DNA from: Klebsormidium nitens
Lineage: Eukaryota > Plantae > Klebsormidiophyceae
DNA length: 64,000 nucleotides
Assembly (NCBI GenBank): GCA_000708835.1
Contig: DF237186.1
Span: 62,001 to 126,000, forward strand
Direction: 5' to 3'
A model generated the notes under the pieces. It made no database searches. It worked only from the letters and a program-made list of their open reading frames with translations, and was not told where the DNA came from. Below are positions 1-12,490 of the stretch, one piece after another (the stretch's first letter is position 1; each line of letters starts with the position of its first letter). The translations under genes were made by a program, and so were the position numbers.

Positions 1-486
1 GCTTGTAGCATTGCTTATGTCAGCAGTTCAGCTTTGCATTCCCGTACCTTATGTGAAGCCTGCCGTAGGAATGCAGGTCTTTTTTTTGTGTCAGCCACTG
101 GACCGTCTGAACTGTCATCCTTGCTTCAGTCTGCGGTAAAGATATGCTTGTGTAACTGCATTCTGCCGCCTGTAGTTGGGTTTTCTTGCTGCATTGAAAT
201 GCTGCCAATGTGCAGAAAAGAAATTAGGTACCGTTGGTTGTTAGTGAACCCCAAGATCTGCTGAAAGATGCAGCAGCATCCCCGTTGCATTGCTGCTCAG
301 CACCGCAAAAGGCTATGGAGGCATTCTTGTTGCTTTGCAGTGCAAACAAGTAGGCAGGCAGACATTGAGCAATTCACACCTTTTTGGCAATGCATGTTAG
401 TAGCCGCGACTTGATACTTCCAACCTGCGGAGGCACGTACAAATGTCAGGTGCACATATGCTGAACTTTGCCTTTGGTCTTGGCAG

Positions 487-806
487 TCACTGGCGTCGTT
501 TCGGACAAGACCTGGGACGAGCTTGTGAAGAGCAGCAAAGTCCCCGTGTTGGTAGATTTCTGGGCCCCGTGGTGCGGACCCTGCCGGATGATTGCGCCCC
601 TCATCGACGAGCTAGCAAAGGACTACAAGGGAAAGCTGTTGTGTTTGAAGCTGAACACCGATGAGAGCCCGAGCATCGCCACAGAGCACGGGATCAGGAG
701 CATTCCGACCGTCATGATCTTCAAGGGCGGGAAGAAGCTCGACACTGTCATCGGGGCTGTTCCCATGACTACGCTGACGACCACTGTGGAGAAGTTCCTG
801 GAATGA
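487..806 (+). CDS. TRX-M: Thioredoxin m-type (plastid), terminal exon only; upstream exon(s) probably lie before the window
   Basis: Acceptor ctttggtcttggcAG at 485-486. Translation contains [15 protein letters not shown] and [36 protein letters not shown], typical of Trx-m. Stop TGA at 804-806. Confidence 0.93.
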
Positions 807-1048
807 GAGGACCTGTAAATCTGCTTTCAAAGAGTAACATAGTGGCCGGGCATTTGAAGCGATGTTGTGATGAGGAGGAATGGGACGGCAGTCAATGTGC
901 AGGGACGCTGCTGCCTTCCTGCATTTGGCGGTCATAGAGGGCCTCCACTGTATGGTTCATAGGGTTCCGGGTAGGAGGGGACTGCTGCTCCGGAGGTGTC
1001 AGAAGCTGGCTGCGGGGACGCTTCTGCATGGAGCTGAAGTGAGTTGCA

Positions 1049-2420
1049 CTAAGTGGTGACTGGAGCAGCATCTGGACTTTCCACCTGTTTGAGCAATATT
1101 TGCAAGGAATCGAAGTCATCCAGCAGGAAAAGTAGGGACTGGGATCGGTTGTGTAGGTTGTTCATAAGCTGCGAAACTGTCCGTCCATTGTGCACAATGT
1201 TTCCGATCATGGTTGCTGGCAGGCCGAGTTGCATGGAAACCCGTTCTCGCAGCCTGCTTCGACATTTGCTTGCTTCTGTGGTCCCGATTGGTGGGACACC
1301 ATATGATGCAACTTTCAGTTTTTGCTTCCAATTGCATCGAGCACATTGCCTCCCTGGATTGCAAACTCTTTGGATGGTGTTTTGATTGTTGTTTCAGATT
1401 AGGGTTCGGGGTGGGATGGTTGCATTGCGCTCTTTCTTCGTGCGAATTAAAATGGTTCTGAAGCTTCTCAGTAATCTCAGACAACTGGATCTTGTGCAAG
1501 TGGTTCCCTGCTTGTACTGGAGCGTTCTTTTGTGTTCTTGTGCTGAATACTGATCAAAGCACAGGACAGAATCACCTACTGGTTGCGCCTATTACCCTTT
1601 TCCTTTCCAGTTTGGAAACTGGAACACTGGCTGGTAATGAGTCAAACCTATTCATCTGTGGCTGCCAGAGAATCCTCTCTGCAACATCCAGATTTGTTGC
1701 CTCTTTTGCACGTACAAAAGCATTCAGCTTGCTGCAGGCGCGCATTTGCAACAGCAGTTTCGTGGCTAACTGTTGTAATCCTCTTGATTTCTGTGCCTGG
1801 TATTCTAGGTTCTGATTAATGGGGTCCACTTAAATTTTGGATCAATGAGGAGAACGCCAATTTCTTGTTTTATGTGAGATTCTGATCAAGCTTTCTTTCC
1901 TATTCTGGTTTTTTCTGATAGGTTTTTTCCTTTTCTTACCAACTCTTTTGAATCTGTAATCAAGCTGGTACACCTTGTTCGGGTTTTTTGCTCTTACCTT
2001 GTGATCTGGATCTCTATTGCTATAGAGGCAGGCCATATGGAAAAAGTGAATGCCGAGGAGGCGCCATGATACTGTCACGAAGCCTTCTGGTGAAGCTGTC
2101 TGCTGCCTACAAAATGCTTTAGTGTTTGCGTTTGACTAGCACATGTTGTGGCCTCCAAGCAAGTGCGTCCTCCTCTCTACCAGTTCTATGTTCCTCAAAA
2201 AGTGTCTTCTTGAGGTCCTTTTCAAGCTTGCCGTTGTAGAGCCTTGGATGCAACACCTGTTGAAGGAGTTTCTGGTAAAGGTGGATTCTTGTTGGTGGAA
2301 GCTTTGATGCATCAAGCTTAATTCGTTTGACCACCATGCACCGTCAATTGATGCGCGGACGTGAGAACGTGCATTGACAGGGCTGTCAACTTCTTGCCGA
2401 ACGTTGCTCATGCAGACCAT
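1049..2420 (-). CDS. Hypothetical spliced protein, about 213 aa, no recognisable domain (tentative model)
   Basis: Exons 2420-2257, 2106-1998, 1811-1648, 1253-1049 join with GT-AG introns in phases 2,0,2 into an open frame of 642 nt. Donor CACAAG|gtaaga and acceptors ttttgtag and ttaatcag look genuine. The last acceptor is weak, and an alternative final exon 1033-932 is possible. Confidence 0.45.
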
Positions 2421-3345
2421 TATGTGAACAGTTGTAAAGTACAAATCTCAGCTACTGCATTATCAATTGTCAATACACCCGGCCAAGATGAACAACATTC
2501 GAACCATGCCACAAGCCTTTAGCCAATGAATTGTGGCAGCATCATGAGCATCTTTCGTCCGGCAGTCGCTTGCCTTCCTTTCCCCTAGGGCTATACGCAC
2601 ATACATGGTCATCTACGGGTACAACCAAGCTCAGTGCTCATGTGCCAACCAACAAAAATGATAAGCAAATTCGCCCGCACGTACTAGCTGGTTAACGCTA
2701 TCCCCTGTTCGGTACTAGTTTGCAAGACACATGTAATCGTGTGCGCGCTAGTGCATGCACATGCGGTGCCCGCAATTTCAGAACCGTCCGGGTGCATCAA
2801 CTGCATGCATGGACTGCGGACGCTGCACACGTATCATGCACATGATGGTCAATATAAATTCGGAAGCCGTGCATTGGAGCTCGATGATGAAAGTACGAAT
2901 ATCTTAAGGCATGCAGGCCGCCATTCAATCGCTTGACTTGCTGTTCGCTGCAAGTTGATTATTTGTGATCCTGGCTTTTCACCTCGCTGGGCATGCGGAC
3001 CTAAATGTGGGTGACTCAAATTAGTACGAGGTTGACGTGGCTCCAAACATTGGGTGCTATTGTGGGGTACATCTACTCTACAAGGTCGTGCATCCTTCAA
3101 TGATGTGCCGAGCTAGCAAAAATGTAAAAGTGGCGGCACAGTATCTTTTGTGATAGTAGTTGCAAAGACTCACTGAGACGGCCTTGATCAAGCACATGTG
3201 ACAGGCCATTGCGGTGACATCTTTACAGGTTTGCACGCTGACAAGGTATATGTCTACCAACCAAGATCCGCTCAGATCTGGGTCCAGCCAATACTGCTAA
3301 GAGGCCAAGTATGTAGTCAAGCACAGGAGATACCATATTGCTGTC

Positions 3346-6300
3346 CTAGATCCCAATCGCTTGCACGTGCCCTGTCCCCTTCAACCAGTCAACGAACTCG
3401 TCTAGGAGGTACGGCCAGGCCCCTTCCGAATCATAATTTGACAACGACGGATCTATTGACTGCAGAAAAACACACAGGCTTGAAACATCCGAGGCGTACA
3501 CTCCTAAGGCTACCAAGAGCATTCCAATTCTGATAGCAAGACATCGAGTCAAGCAATGGCGGAAGCTGCCAACGTGCCTCACAGACGGCCCAAACGAACG
3601 ATTGATGATCGGAAGAAGTGAGCCGAGCTCGCTTCAGCCTAACTACTTGGGCTGCCAGTTGGTTACATTACGTCAAAAGAATGGCCATAAAGTCGGAAGA
3701 AGGGGAATAGATCGTCTCACCTTCGCAAATTCAAATACTTGCGACCACGTGTCCTTCGAGATAGCCTTGTTATGCTTTTTCTGTATTGCATAAGAAGCAC
3801 CAAGTCAGACGATAAAAGAGGCAACAAGAGTATACAAGACAAAGAGTACCACTTCACGCAAAGAGCATCGAGTCTGACGCCTTTCCGGGAACGTACGTTT
3901 CAGGTGGACACACAGGCGCTTTATCCATCGTCCCTAACCTCAAGACCTGTCGCCTACGCCCCCAATGCGGGCTCTCCAAGTCGAGCAGAGAACCAGAATG
4001 AGAGTGAAGAGAAACGAAAAGTGCGCTTGCAAACGTCAAAGATCCAGCCAAACCAGATAAAAGGTTCTCAGCAACGTGAACCGACATGGTCGAGGCTACA
4101 GCTCAGTCCCTCGTGATCCGTCACGGTTTGGGTGCAAGGATGTCCGACAAGGGATACTAGTTTCTGAAGGCGACCCGGAAGAAGGAGCCTCCTGAGCCCA
4201 CTCCCGGGTCCTTGCTGAGTTATCGCCCACCTTATGCGTACACTTGGTTGAATTCTCGACAGGCACGGAAGAGAGTCGGAGTTTGAACAAAGCTGAACCA
4301 AACGCGCAAAAGGCAACTAGGGGCGGGGTGCGAACCTGGAGAAAGGAGCACCAGGGGTCTACCAGCGGCCACGGTTTTTGCGCGTACAGCAGCTTCCACA
4401 TGCCCAGCGCCGTTTCGAGTGCCAACGACTTCTGACCCTGAAGAACACAGAAAGTTGGAACTTGACGTTTGTCTCTTGCCGGACTGTGCAGGTCTCCAGC
4501 CTCTTATGTCTAACTAAGCGCATACATGGGCAATCTGATCCCAGCTGAAACCGTGCCAAGTATGTGTCCCCGAAACCAAGCGATTGATTGGAGCCATGCT
4601 GACGGTCCAGAGGATGCAGAAGAGCTTCCGCCCTTTTTGCTCGACGCCAAACCTTTGAGCAAAGCTTGGCCTGCCAGATCATGGGCGTCGAGACAAAACG
4701 GCAGGCCTCGTCCGCAGCGATATACTGCTGCTAAGAGGGTGCGTACGCGGAAACGTTCGGCAGAAGCTTTGACGGTTTATTTATACGTCACTAGATTGAA
4801 GCGTCTGTTCATGGGCAGTGTGCGTTTGATTCATGCGACACTGAAGAGGGAAAGGAAGTGGAAGTGGTGTGTGCGTGGACTCTCACCTTTTCTTTCGCCC
4901 AGTCGAAGGTGAACATGTAAATTTCCCGGAATTTATCTGCAGGCATGACAAAACTCAGATGCCGAGCAGAGAAACAGTGTCACAAGCATCCTGACCTGGC
5001 AAGCTGAGTTTTAAAGAACCCAGCCTCGGAGTCAATTGAGCTGTAGTTTACGACCTTCGAACCCCAATTTCGTTGCTAAGAGTGATCTTTCCTACTCCAA
5101 CAAGATCTCGGTGTAGTATGGCACCGGCGGACTTTGTCCTGGAGTTTCCGAAGCCACGGCGCAGACTTACTGTCGTCTTTCATCTCGGCTCGCAAGGAGG
5201 GCAGCAGTTGCCTGAGCTTGCTGATCGAGTCGACCCTGCAAGCAATTGCCAAGAAACAACGAATGCAATAAGCGAGAATCTTGATCAGGAACAAAGTTCC
5301 CAGATTGGGCTCCAAGTAGACACCCGCTAAAAGTCTTGCAAAGATGGTTGATCACGCGACCAGCTTTTGGGAATTGCTTGAGAGGGCTAGGACGGGGAGA
5401 GACCGCAAAAGTGTGAACTGCGAAGAAATAAAAACTTGCGACATTGCCCCAAACTTGCGACATGTCACGCCATCTCGTCGGAAATTGCTGACGCCTTTGC
5501 CTTCCACCTCCCTTTTGATCATAAACTCCACTTCATCAAACTTCCAGAGAATCGACGAGTCATCTCTCAATTCCTTGGGAGTCGGAAGACCAAGACAAGG
5601 CATGCTGACACATTCTGATAAGGCTCCGGAAGGGACTGCTGCATTAGCTTGCATTGCAGAGGCTCACCCTATGCTTTTCAGACCAGAAATGAACTCGTCT
5701 CTGGAAAACTCGCACATCGTCGCTGCTCCCATGTGCCAGGCAATCACAAGCTGCACATCAAACAGAGCGCCTTTGAATCATTCCGACGATTCGGGGGTTC
5801 GTCATACCCCACAGTTTATCAACCCCACGCCCTAAGCGGATGCCGCAAATGAAACCGACAGTGTGTTTGGATTTTCCATTGCCAACCATGGAACCAAGAA
5901 TTGCAGATGCAGGAAGGTACCAGGATGACACGGCCAACTCTATGAAGGCACTTTCAAACATTTACTGTCCTCCCAAAATGCTAAGAGCACGTACTACGAT
6001 CATCTCCATGTTAATTCACGGTACACCAGAACTTAGTCGTCCTTAGATTCCTTAAATCAAGCTAAGCACTTAAGCAGACCACTGAGCAGAAAGAGAAGCA
6101 CCGAAGGCCCTCCTTACCATGACCACATCCCCCGGATCCACTTGCAAGTCGTCACAGAACTGCGAGACGCCCTCAACGCTGATCTGATCGGCGTGCGGGT
6201 CTTTGTACCGGCTGTAGAGCGCTTCGAGCTGCCTCTGGTCTGTTCGAACTTGAGGGGAGGAGGGGTGTGGCTGGTTGTAGTAAAACTCAAATGCGGCTTC

Positions 6301-7192
6301 CACGTTCCAGTCAGCAGCCTTCAGAGCCGCAACGGACGCCTTCTCCCTGAAAGATCCAAGAGGTCAGGACCACTAACAAAGGATCAGAGTTGTTGAGCGA
6401 CAATGAAAATGGCTCGTGATATCAGGCACAAGACACCTCTCCATCAATCATCAACGAGCAGTACACACAGTTTAAAAGAGATCAAGACCGATTGCAAGGC
6501 GTTTAGCTTCTTCCTGGCATCTCAAGTTTGCGGTTGAGCTAACTTACGTGGCATCGGCGATTGCGCAGAACTGGCGCACCTTCTCTTTCTGGGCCTTGTT
6601 GAGCTTATTCTGCAATGAAAGGATAGTCACTGTGCAAAATGCATGCTCTACTGATCCAAGTCACAAAGATACTGAAGTACAAGCTGTGCATCAGCCAATG
6701 CGTGTATGCTTCCTGATGCCAAATCCTGTACGACGCGCTTTGACCTCAATCTTTTTGCCAGGCTTCTGCACTCAGGGTGCATAAACGGTTTTCGACATTG
6801 CGAATTTTATGAGGACAGAGGAAGGTGGCGGATATTTGCATTCCTGTTCTTCAAGAAGCACATGAACCACAGCCACAGAACAAGTGCACAAGATAACGCC
6901 ACTGAAACCAGATGCCCTGGAGAAGTTACTGATGGAAGTGGACAAGCAGCTGAAATGCTAGAGATTACGCAAAACTTATGTAAGTGCCACTTGGAATCTC
7001 ATCTGCCGCGATACGGCCATTAGACAAGCCCGAAGTTTGTTCAGAACCGTTCCTGAAGATATAGATACAATGAGAATGACAAGCACGGTCAATTCTTTTG
7101 ACAAAGGGCAGTGTTCCCCCTTGTCTGACCTAGAGCGTTCTTTGAAAACTGTTTCGAAAACACCAATTTGCTTGGATAAACAGACTCACCAT
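3346..7192 (-). CDS. DCN1: DCN1-like protein (defective in cullin neddylation; UBA-like + PONY domain), 255 aa, 9 coding exons
   Basis: Exons 7192-7190 (ATG only), 6609-6548, 6346-6118, 5750-5668, 5235-5171, 4936-4887, 4437-4336, 3780-3721, 3459-3346; all GT-AG and phase-consistent. Motifs [86 protein letters not shown]. Confidence 0.96.
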
Positions 7193-8106
7193 CTTCAAAA
7201 CAGACTATATCCCGCCGAAGACGCAGCCCTTCCTGTAGAAATCAGACCTTGGTCTAAGAATCACCACCACCTTCAGCAATAAACTGGCGGCGATAACCCG
7301 GGTCAACCCCTCAAGCTCAGCTCACTAGCCTAAACTCTACACAGTTTGCAGGAAACCGCCAACAGCCTTCTCACAATGTTTCATCCAATGATTCGTCTTT
7401 GCCAGGACGTGTGCATCTCTGCATTTCCGGTCTCTGGACGAAGCAGCTTGATACCAGCACAGAAGGGCACAAGTGAGGAACACAGAGGCAATGCGGTCTT
7501 GCGAACCGTGTTGCATCATTGACATATGAATTTGAAGCTCGTGAAGTTGTGAGCAGCAGCAAAACAGATCAGCTAGGCAGCGAGCTGAGATCAATGGCTT
7601 CCAAGAGGTCGGTTAATCGTAAACCGGAAACCTTTGACCACAATGTCGATGAGGCCCCGGTCGGTTTCCAAAATATCATCATATGATCCACGAGACGATG
7701 TTCATAACTTCCAAATTTGAAAAGAAGTCACGACATTCTACCTAGATTAGATGTATTTACTCCGTCCTATCTTTTAAACCGGCATCACGCAAATCGCCAT
7801 AAGCAACGCATAAATTCCGGGGAGTTCATCTTATATAGCCATGGGTAAATTCCCCCTGTAGCCGGTCAGCAGTTACACCAGGTTCACCGGTTAACCGTAC
7901 CCCAGGTTCCTGCAATTGGATGAGCTGGCTTCAAGTTCAACTTCAAGTTCCTGCCAAAATTCGTGGCAGCACCTTGGCAGCGCGACAGGGGTTCGCCACC
8001 TGGGTCACAGGGTGGACCAGCTGAGCAGGATTCCGAGCTTTCTCTCTGCCACTGCTTGACATTCTTCTTCCTTGGCTTTGGACGACCCTTCCAATAATTA
8101 GCAGGC
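7193..8106. promoter_or_regulatory. Divergent (head-to-head) intergenic region between DCN1 and RMR
   Basis: Start codons at 7192 (-) and 8107 (+) point away from each other, 914 bp apart. Promoter elements themselves were not resolved. Confidence 0.55.
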
Positions 8107-11100
8107 ATGGAGGAGGGGAACATCAACGAGGGCCTGCTAGGCCCCACGCAGCGGCTGGCCCGTGACATCGGGCTCAGGGGCGTTCTGAAACTCTGGGCGC
8201 TCGGGTCCCTGCTTGGTTTGGCAGTAACCCTCGCGTACCTAACCCAGCCCGCAGAGAGCACAGTCTATATAGCCACTGCAGAGAATGCAACTTTCTCTTT
8301 TGCTGACGCAGACGCAGCGTTTGGGGGGCTGATTCCGCCGAACGGCTTGAGGGGGGTGCTGCGCAGGAGCTCCCCCCTGGATGGGTGTGGGGCGATGGAT
8401 ATTTCGGCCGCTCCAGGGGAGGTGGAATTTGCACTGATTGAGAGAGGGCAGTGCACATTTGATGAGAAGGTCAGGAATGCGCAGAATGCCGGGTTTGCGG
8501 CTGCCATCATATTCAACAACGAGCCGGGGCGGGAGCTCATAACCAGTAAGTACACCAAGTTTGTCACAAGCTAAAGTTGTGGTTGAGTGGAATCAACAGG
8601 GAACCATGAAGGCAGAAAGTGTGTTTGTTGCGCCCTGAAAAGCACGCCTAGTTTGCAGAAAGTTGTGCTTCACCAACTGCATAAGAAAGTCTGGGGTTCG
8701 AGAAGGGCTGCAGTATGTCCGATTTCACGTTGTGCAGGCCGGTTCAAAATCTGAAGTGTCGTTCGGAGCTCATGAAGGAATGCTTTGAAACCATTTTTCA
8801 TGACAGGTCTCCGGGAGCCTTTATACGTTGCTACCTATATGGTTAGTTGGCTGTGGAACTTTCCCCAATGGCTCCCTAGTTGCATGAGTAGGGTTTGCAT
8901 CCGTTCATCCCTAAATTGTAGCGGCATTCTCCAGCCTAAGGGGAAAACCTCTGAATCAGGAAGTTTTTGGCCGGCAAAGTAACGTTGAAAATGGGAGGCT
9001 CAAGGTTGCAAAGGGATGGGCTTGCAATGCCGCCTGGGTCCAAGCTACATGTGTCCGGATTCTTTGGTTTCCCAAGACGATTTGTGTGTTGCTAGCAAGT
9101 TCCTACTTTTATTTCTACCTCTTTCTCTTCTATTTCTACTTCTTCTTCCATTTACTTCCATAGTATTATCTTGCGTGTGGGGCATATGGGGGGCTGCTGG
9201 CAATGTTGTTGGCCAACTTTCGATGCCCTGTTGAGTTGACCAAAGGAGTGCCGACATTCCAAAGAAGGAATGGATTGAGGGTGAGGATAGGCCCCATATG
9301 GTCTTGAATACTTCTGCCTACCCTAACTCCTGTTTGCCTTGCGGAAGGTGGTCTGCATGCACAGGCTTCGACACTCTTCTCCATGCTATCCCGTGTCATT
9401 CACCAATTCTGAGTCTGCAGATAGCGGGGTTGGGCTGGACTCCAGCACCCTGAGGAAATGAGGAACTTACTGCAGACCTTGGAAGCAACTCACTGCAGGC
9501 TGTTTCCAGCATTCAATGCCCCTTTGTTGTCATTATGTCGTAAAGAGACTGCAAAGCACATGGATCAGTCTGGGACAAGCTTCTTGTTGAGGAAGAAAAC
9601 ATTTAGTACTTGGAATGATGAGTGGTGACGTTGTTTTGAAGTATCAGGGACGGGTTGAGGACTTTTCCCTCAGTAGAAGAGCTGCTTGCATCCCGTTGGT
9701 CTTGATGATCCTGCCGCGGGGTTTTTCTGGGCCACTTTTGAACCAATTCGTTCTGCAGATTGGGCTTTGCGGTCCCCTGCTGTAACCTTCTCTGTCCATC
9801 ATTTCTGCTTGATGAAAAGACAGGGACTCCTGCAATCCATATAGAGCCGGCCAGCGTGCAATCCTGGAGCGCTGTTTTGGGAAAACTCTGGACTCCGCTC
9901 AGTCTCAGCCTTTCTTGCCTACCCCAAGCTCGAATCTCATGCGATATGACAGCGTTCATATATGCTGCTGGAAAGCCATTTTTTTCACGCTTCTCCAGTG
10001 TCAGGCCGGCGCACTAGAGAGATGTATATCCCTGCCGTCTTTATTACAGACAACAGAGGTCAGCATTATTCTTACAGGACAACAAATTTCCGCGTTAAGT
10101 CTTACAGGACAACAATCTCACTGTCCGCTCAAGAGCAACTTTCTTTCTCCTCACCAGTGTCGGGCCGGCGCACTGGAGAGATCTACATTCCCGCCGTCTT
10201 TGTAACCTACAATTCGGGGCGGCAGCTACTCTCGGTGATCGAGCAGCCCGACACGATTTGCTACATCTCGTCCACGTTTGAGAACACCGCGTGGTCCGTC
10301 ATGGCCGTGTCCTTCATCTCGCTGCTCGCCGTTTCCGCTGTGCTGGCCACCTTCTTCTTTGTGCGCCGCCACCGCCTCCGCAGGTGAGAGTTTGAGTTTT
10401 TGGGTTTGAATCTTGATTTTCATAAAATCCGGTTTTCTGGATCTTGAATTCTGCATGAGTCCGGGCTACGCTGCATTTAACAGGGAGAATGTTGTGCTTG
10501 CAACCATTTTCTTTTGTCTGCCGCCAAGACGAATGTTCACCCACGGAGCTATTGTCCTTGTTGGAAGCTCCAGACTCCGCAAGTAAGTCTAGCCCGAAGG
10601 TTGACCATATTTCGAGAGACGTCAAATCACAGGATTTTGAAGAATTCAGCTAGTTGTCGACAAGTAGTAACGCCTGTCAGATATCCCCTTTCTCAAAGAA
10701 CCTTAGCGCGTAGTAAGCAGCCCTTAAAACTTGTGCTTTTGCCGTACAGGATTGGCTCGCGCCTGGTTTTGGTGCGGACGGAGGACGCGGGTATGACAGC
10801 GCGCGAGGTGAAGGCGCTGCCGAGCTTCACATTCAGCACAGCGACACCTGGCAGCGGGACGAGCGAGACGTGTGCCATCTGCCTGGAGGACTATGAGGCG
10901 GGGGAGAAGCTGCGGGTGTTGCCGTGCCGGCATGGTGAGTTCCATCGATCTCATGTTGCGTATTTTGGGTTTTGAGTTTTCGGGTTTGATTACTTAGGAC
11001 TATGTTCGAGACAGTATACCTGTGATGGACTTGATGCTGAGGGGAATTTCTGCTGAAACGGTGAGGCCAGTTTCTGGTTTCAGCGGGTTTAACTCTGGGT

Positions 11101-12490
11101 CTCCAGTATGTTTGTTCGAGACAGTAGGCCTAGTGACATTCTTAGGTGAAAAGAAGAAGCTGCCGGTGCTGCCCTGCTGGCATGGTGAGTCGGAGTTTTG
11201 TGTCGCGCGTTTTGAAGTTTTGCGTTTTCTTCCTTTTTGGTGTTCTAGAAGACTATGGGGTTGATGCTTCGCTTGATGTCGAGGGAGGAAAAGGCTACGA
11301 GTGCTACTTGGCCGTTACTCTCACGCAGGTCTCTGTGCTTAGCGGCTTAGAAGTGTGCTTTCTGGAATCAGGGTTCAGAAACTTTTTCATGGGCTCTAGG
11401 GAGGGGAGAAGCTCTCGGTAGTGCCCTGTCGGTAATGCGCTTCCAAGTGCGCATACCGGATTCTTAGGATTGTGGCTCAAAGCCATTATGAAGCTGTACC
11501 GTTGCGTGGTTTCAGAAGTTTGTACTTCATGTGAAATTGCTAACGTCAAGGCAAGGAGACGCTGCAGGCGCTGCCCTGCAGTAGGTCGATTTGCAAGTCC
11601 AAAACTTCCTAGTTCGGTATCTCATGTCGCTTCCGTCGTACTGGTCGTGAAGTTGCAAAGAGTGTACCAAACGTGAATGAGCCTACGCTCTCTGGATTCG
11701 TCCTTAGTTCCCTAGGTTCGCCTGTTCTGTGCCTGGTATCATCGAGGAAGGGAGACGAACGTCCTCTTTCTGGAACTCCAACTGTTCTGATGCGGTGACT
11801 GCGAGTACGGCAGGGTGCAGCCGAGGTATTGTTCTGGCAGTATGCAAGCTCACTCCTTTGGTCTTCCTTTCTTTCCTCCGAATTTGTTCTTTTCTGTCCT
11901 TATCTTCACCTTTATCGTTCCGCCTTCCTAAACTCTGCCTGCAACTCGGCCTGCAATCCAGCCCATCTGCCACAGCATCGTTTCCATGGTGCTCCATTCC
12001 CAGCTATCTGTAAACGTACGCTTATGGTCTTCTGTCCTTTGATTGTCGGCTTATGCCCGGCTTTCCCGCCCCTGCAGAGTTTCACCTGGCGTGCGTCGAC
12101 CAATGGCTCACGACGCGCCGCCCCTTCTGCCCCGTCTGCAAACGGGACGCCCACAGCACCAACCCGGTGCCCCCCCCCTCCGAGAGGACCCCCCTGCTCG
12201 GACCTCTTTTGCGGCAGAGCCCCCGATCCGCTCCAGGCGGCACGTCGACTCCCGTCCAGACCCCCCCTCACTCGACGGTACAGATTGAGGGTCTGGAGGA
12301 AACTGCTAGTCGAAATAGCCCGGGGCAAGGGGCCCAGTCCGTTGGCAGGGGAGAAGCTGAGACTGGGGGGGAGATTGAGGGGGATCTATCAACAGGAGGT
12401 GGGGGAGACGCGTCGGGAATTGCGATCGGAGGGGCAGAAAGGCCGGCGTTGGTTGCAGCGGCGACACAAACGACGTCCGGTTCTCCATAA
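8107..12490 (+). CDS. RMR: Receptor homology region-transmembrane-RING-H2 protein (PA domain vacuolar sorting receptor), 420 aa, 4 exons
   Basis: Exons 8107-8545, 10158-10383, 10750-10934, 12078-12490. Contains an N-terminal hydrophobic segment, PA domain (FALIERGQCTFDEKVRNAQNAGFAAAIIFNN), TM (WSVMAVSFISLLAVSAVLATFFFV-RRHR), RING-H2 (CAICLEDY...LPCRHEFHLACVDQWL...CPVC) and acidic dileucine ERTPLL. Confidence 0.95.
9975..10230 (+). repeat. Tandem duplication of RMR exon-2 acceptor + exon start (159 bp period, 2 copies)
   Basis: ctccag|tgtcaggccggcgcactagagagatgtatatccctgccgtcttt at 9999 versus the functional caccag|tgtcgggccggcgcactggagagatctacattcccgccgtcttt at 10158. Confidence 0.9.
10895..11600 (+). 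repeat. Decaying tandem copies of RMR exon-3 end + donor (about 120-150 bp period, 5-6 copies)
   Basis: gagaagctgcgggtgttgccgtgccggcatg|gtgagt (donor 10935) is echoed by gaagaagctgccggtgctgccctgctggcatg|gtgagt (donor 11185). Weaker copies lie near 11061, 11286, 11404 and 11554. ttcgagacagta recurs about 110 bp apart. Confidence 0.8.

Noticed and set aside
450-486. Possible short upstream intron for Trx-m (cag|gtgcac at 450)
   Set aside because: It would be only 37 nt, far shorter than other introns here, and gives no transit-peptide-like exon. The upstream exons more likely lie outside the window.
8546-9960. Long RMR intron 1 as a possible transposon insertion
   Set aside because: No RT, transposase or integrase motifs, terminal repeats or target-site duplication could be identified by eye.
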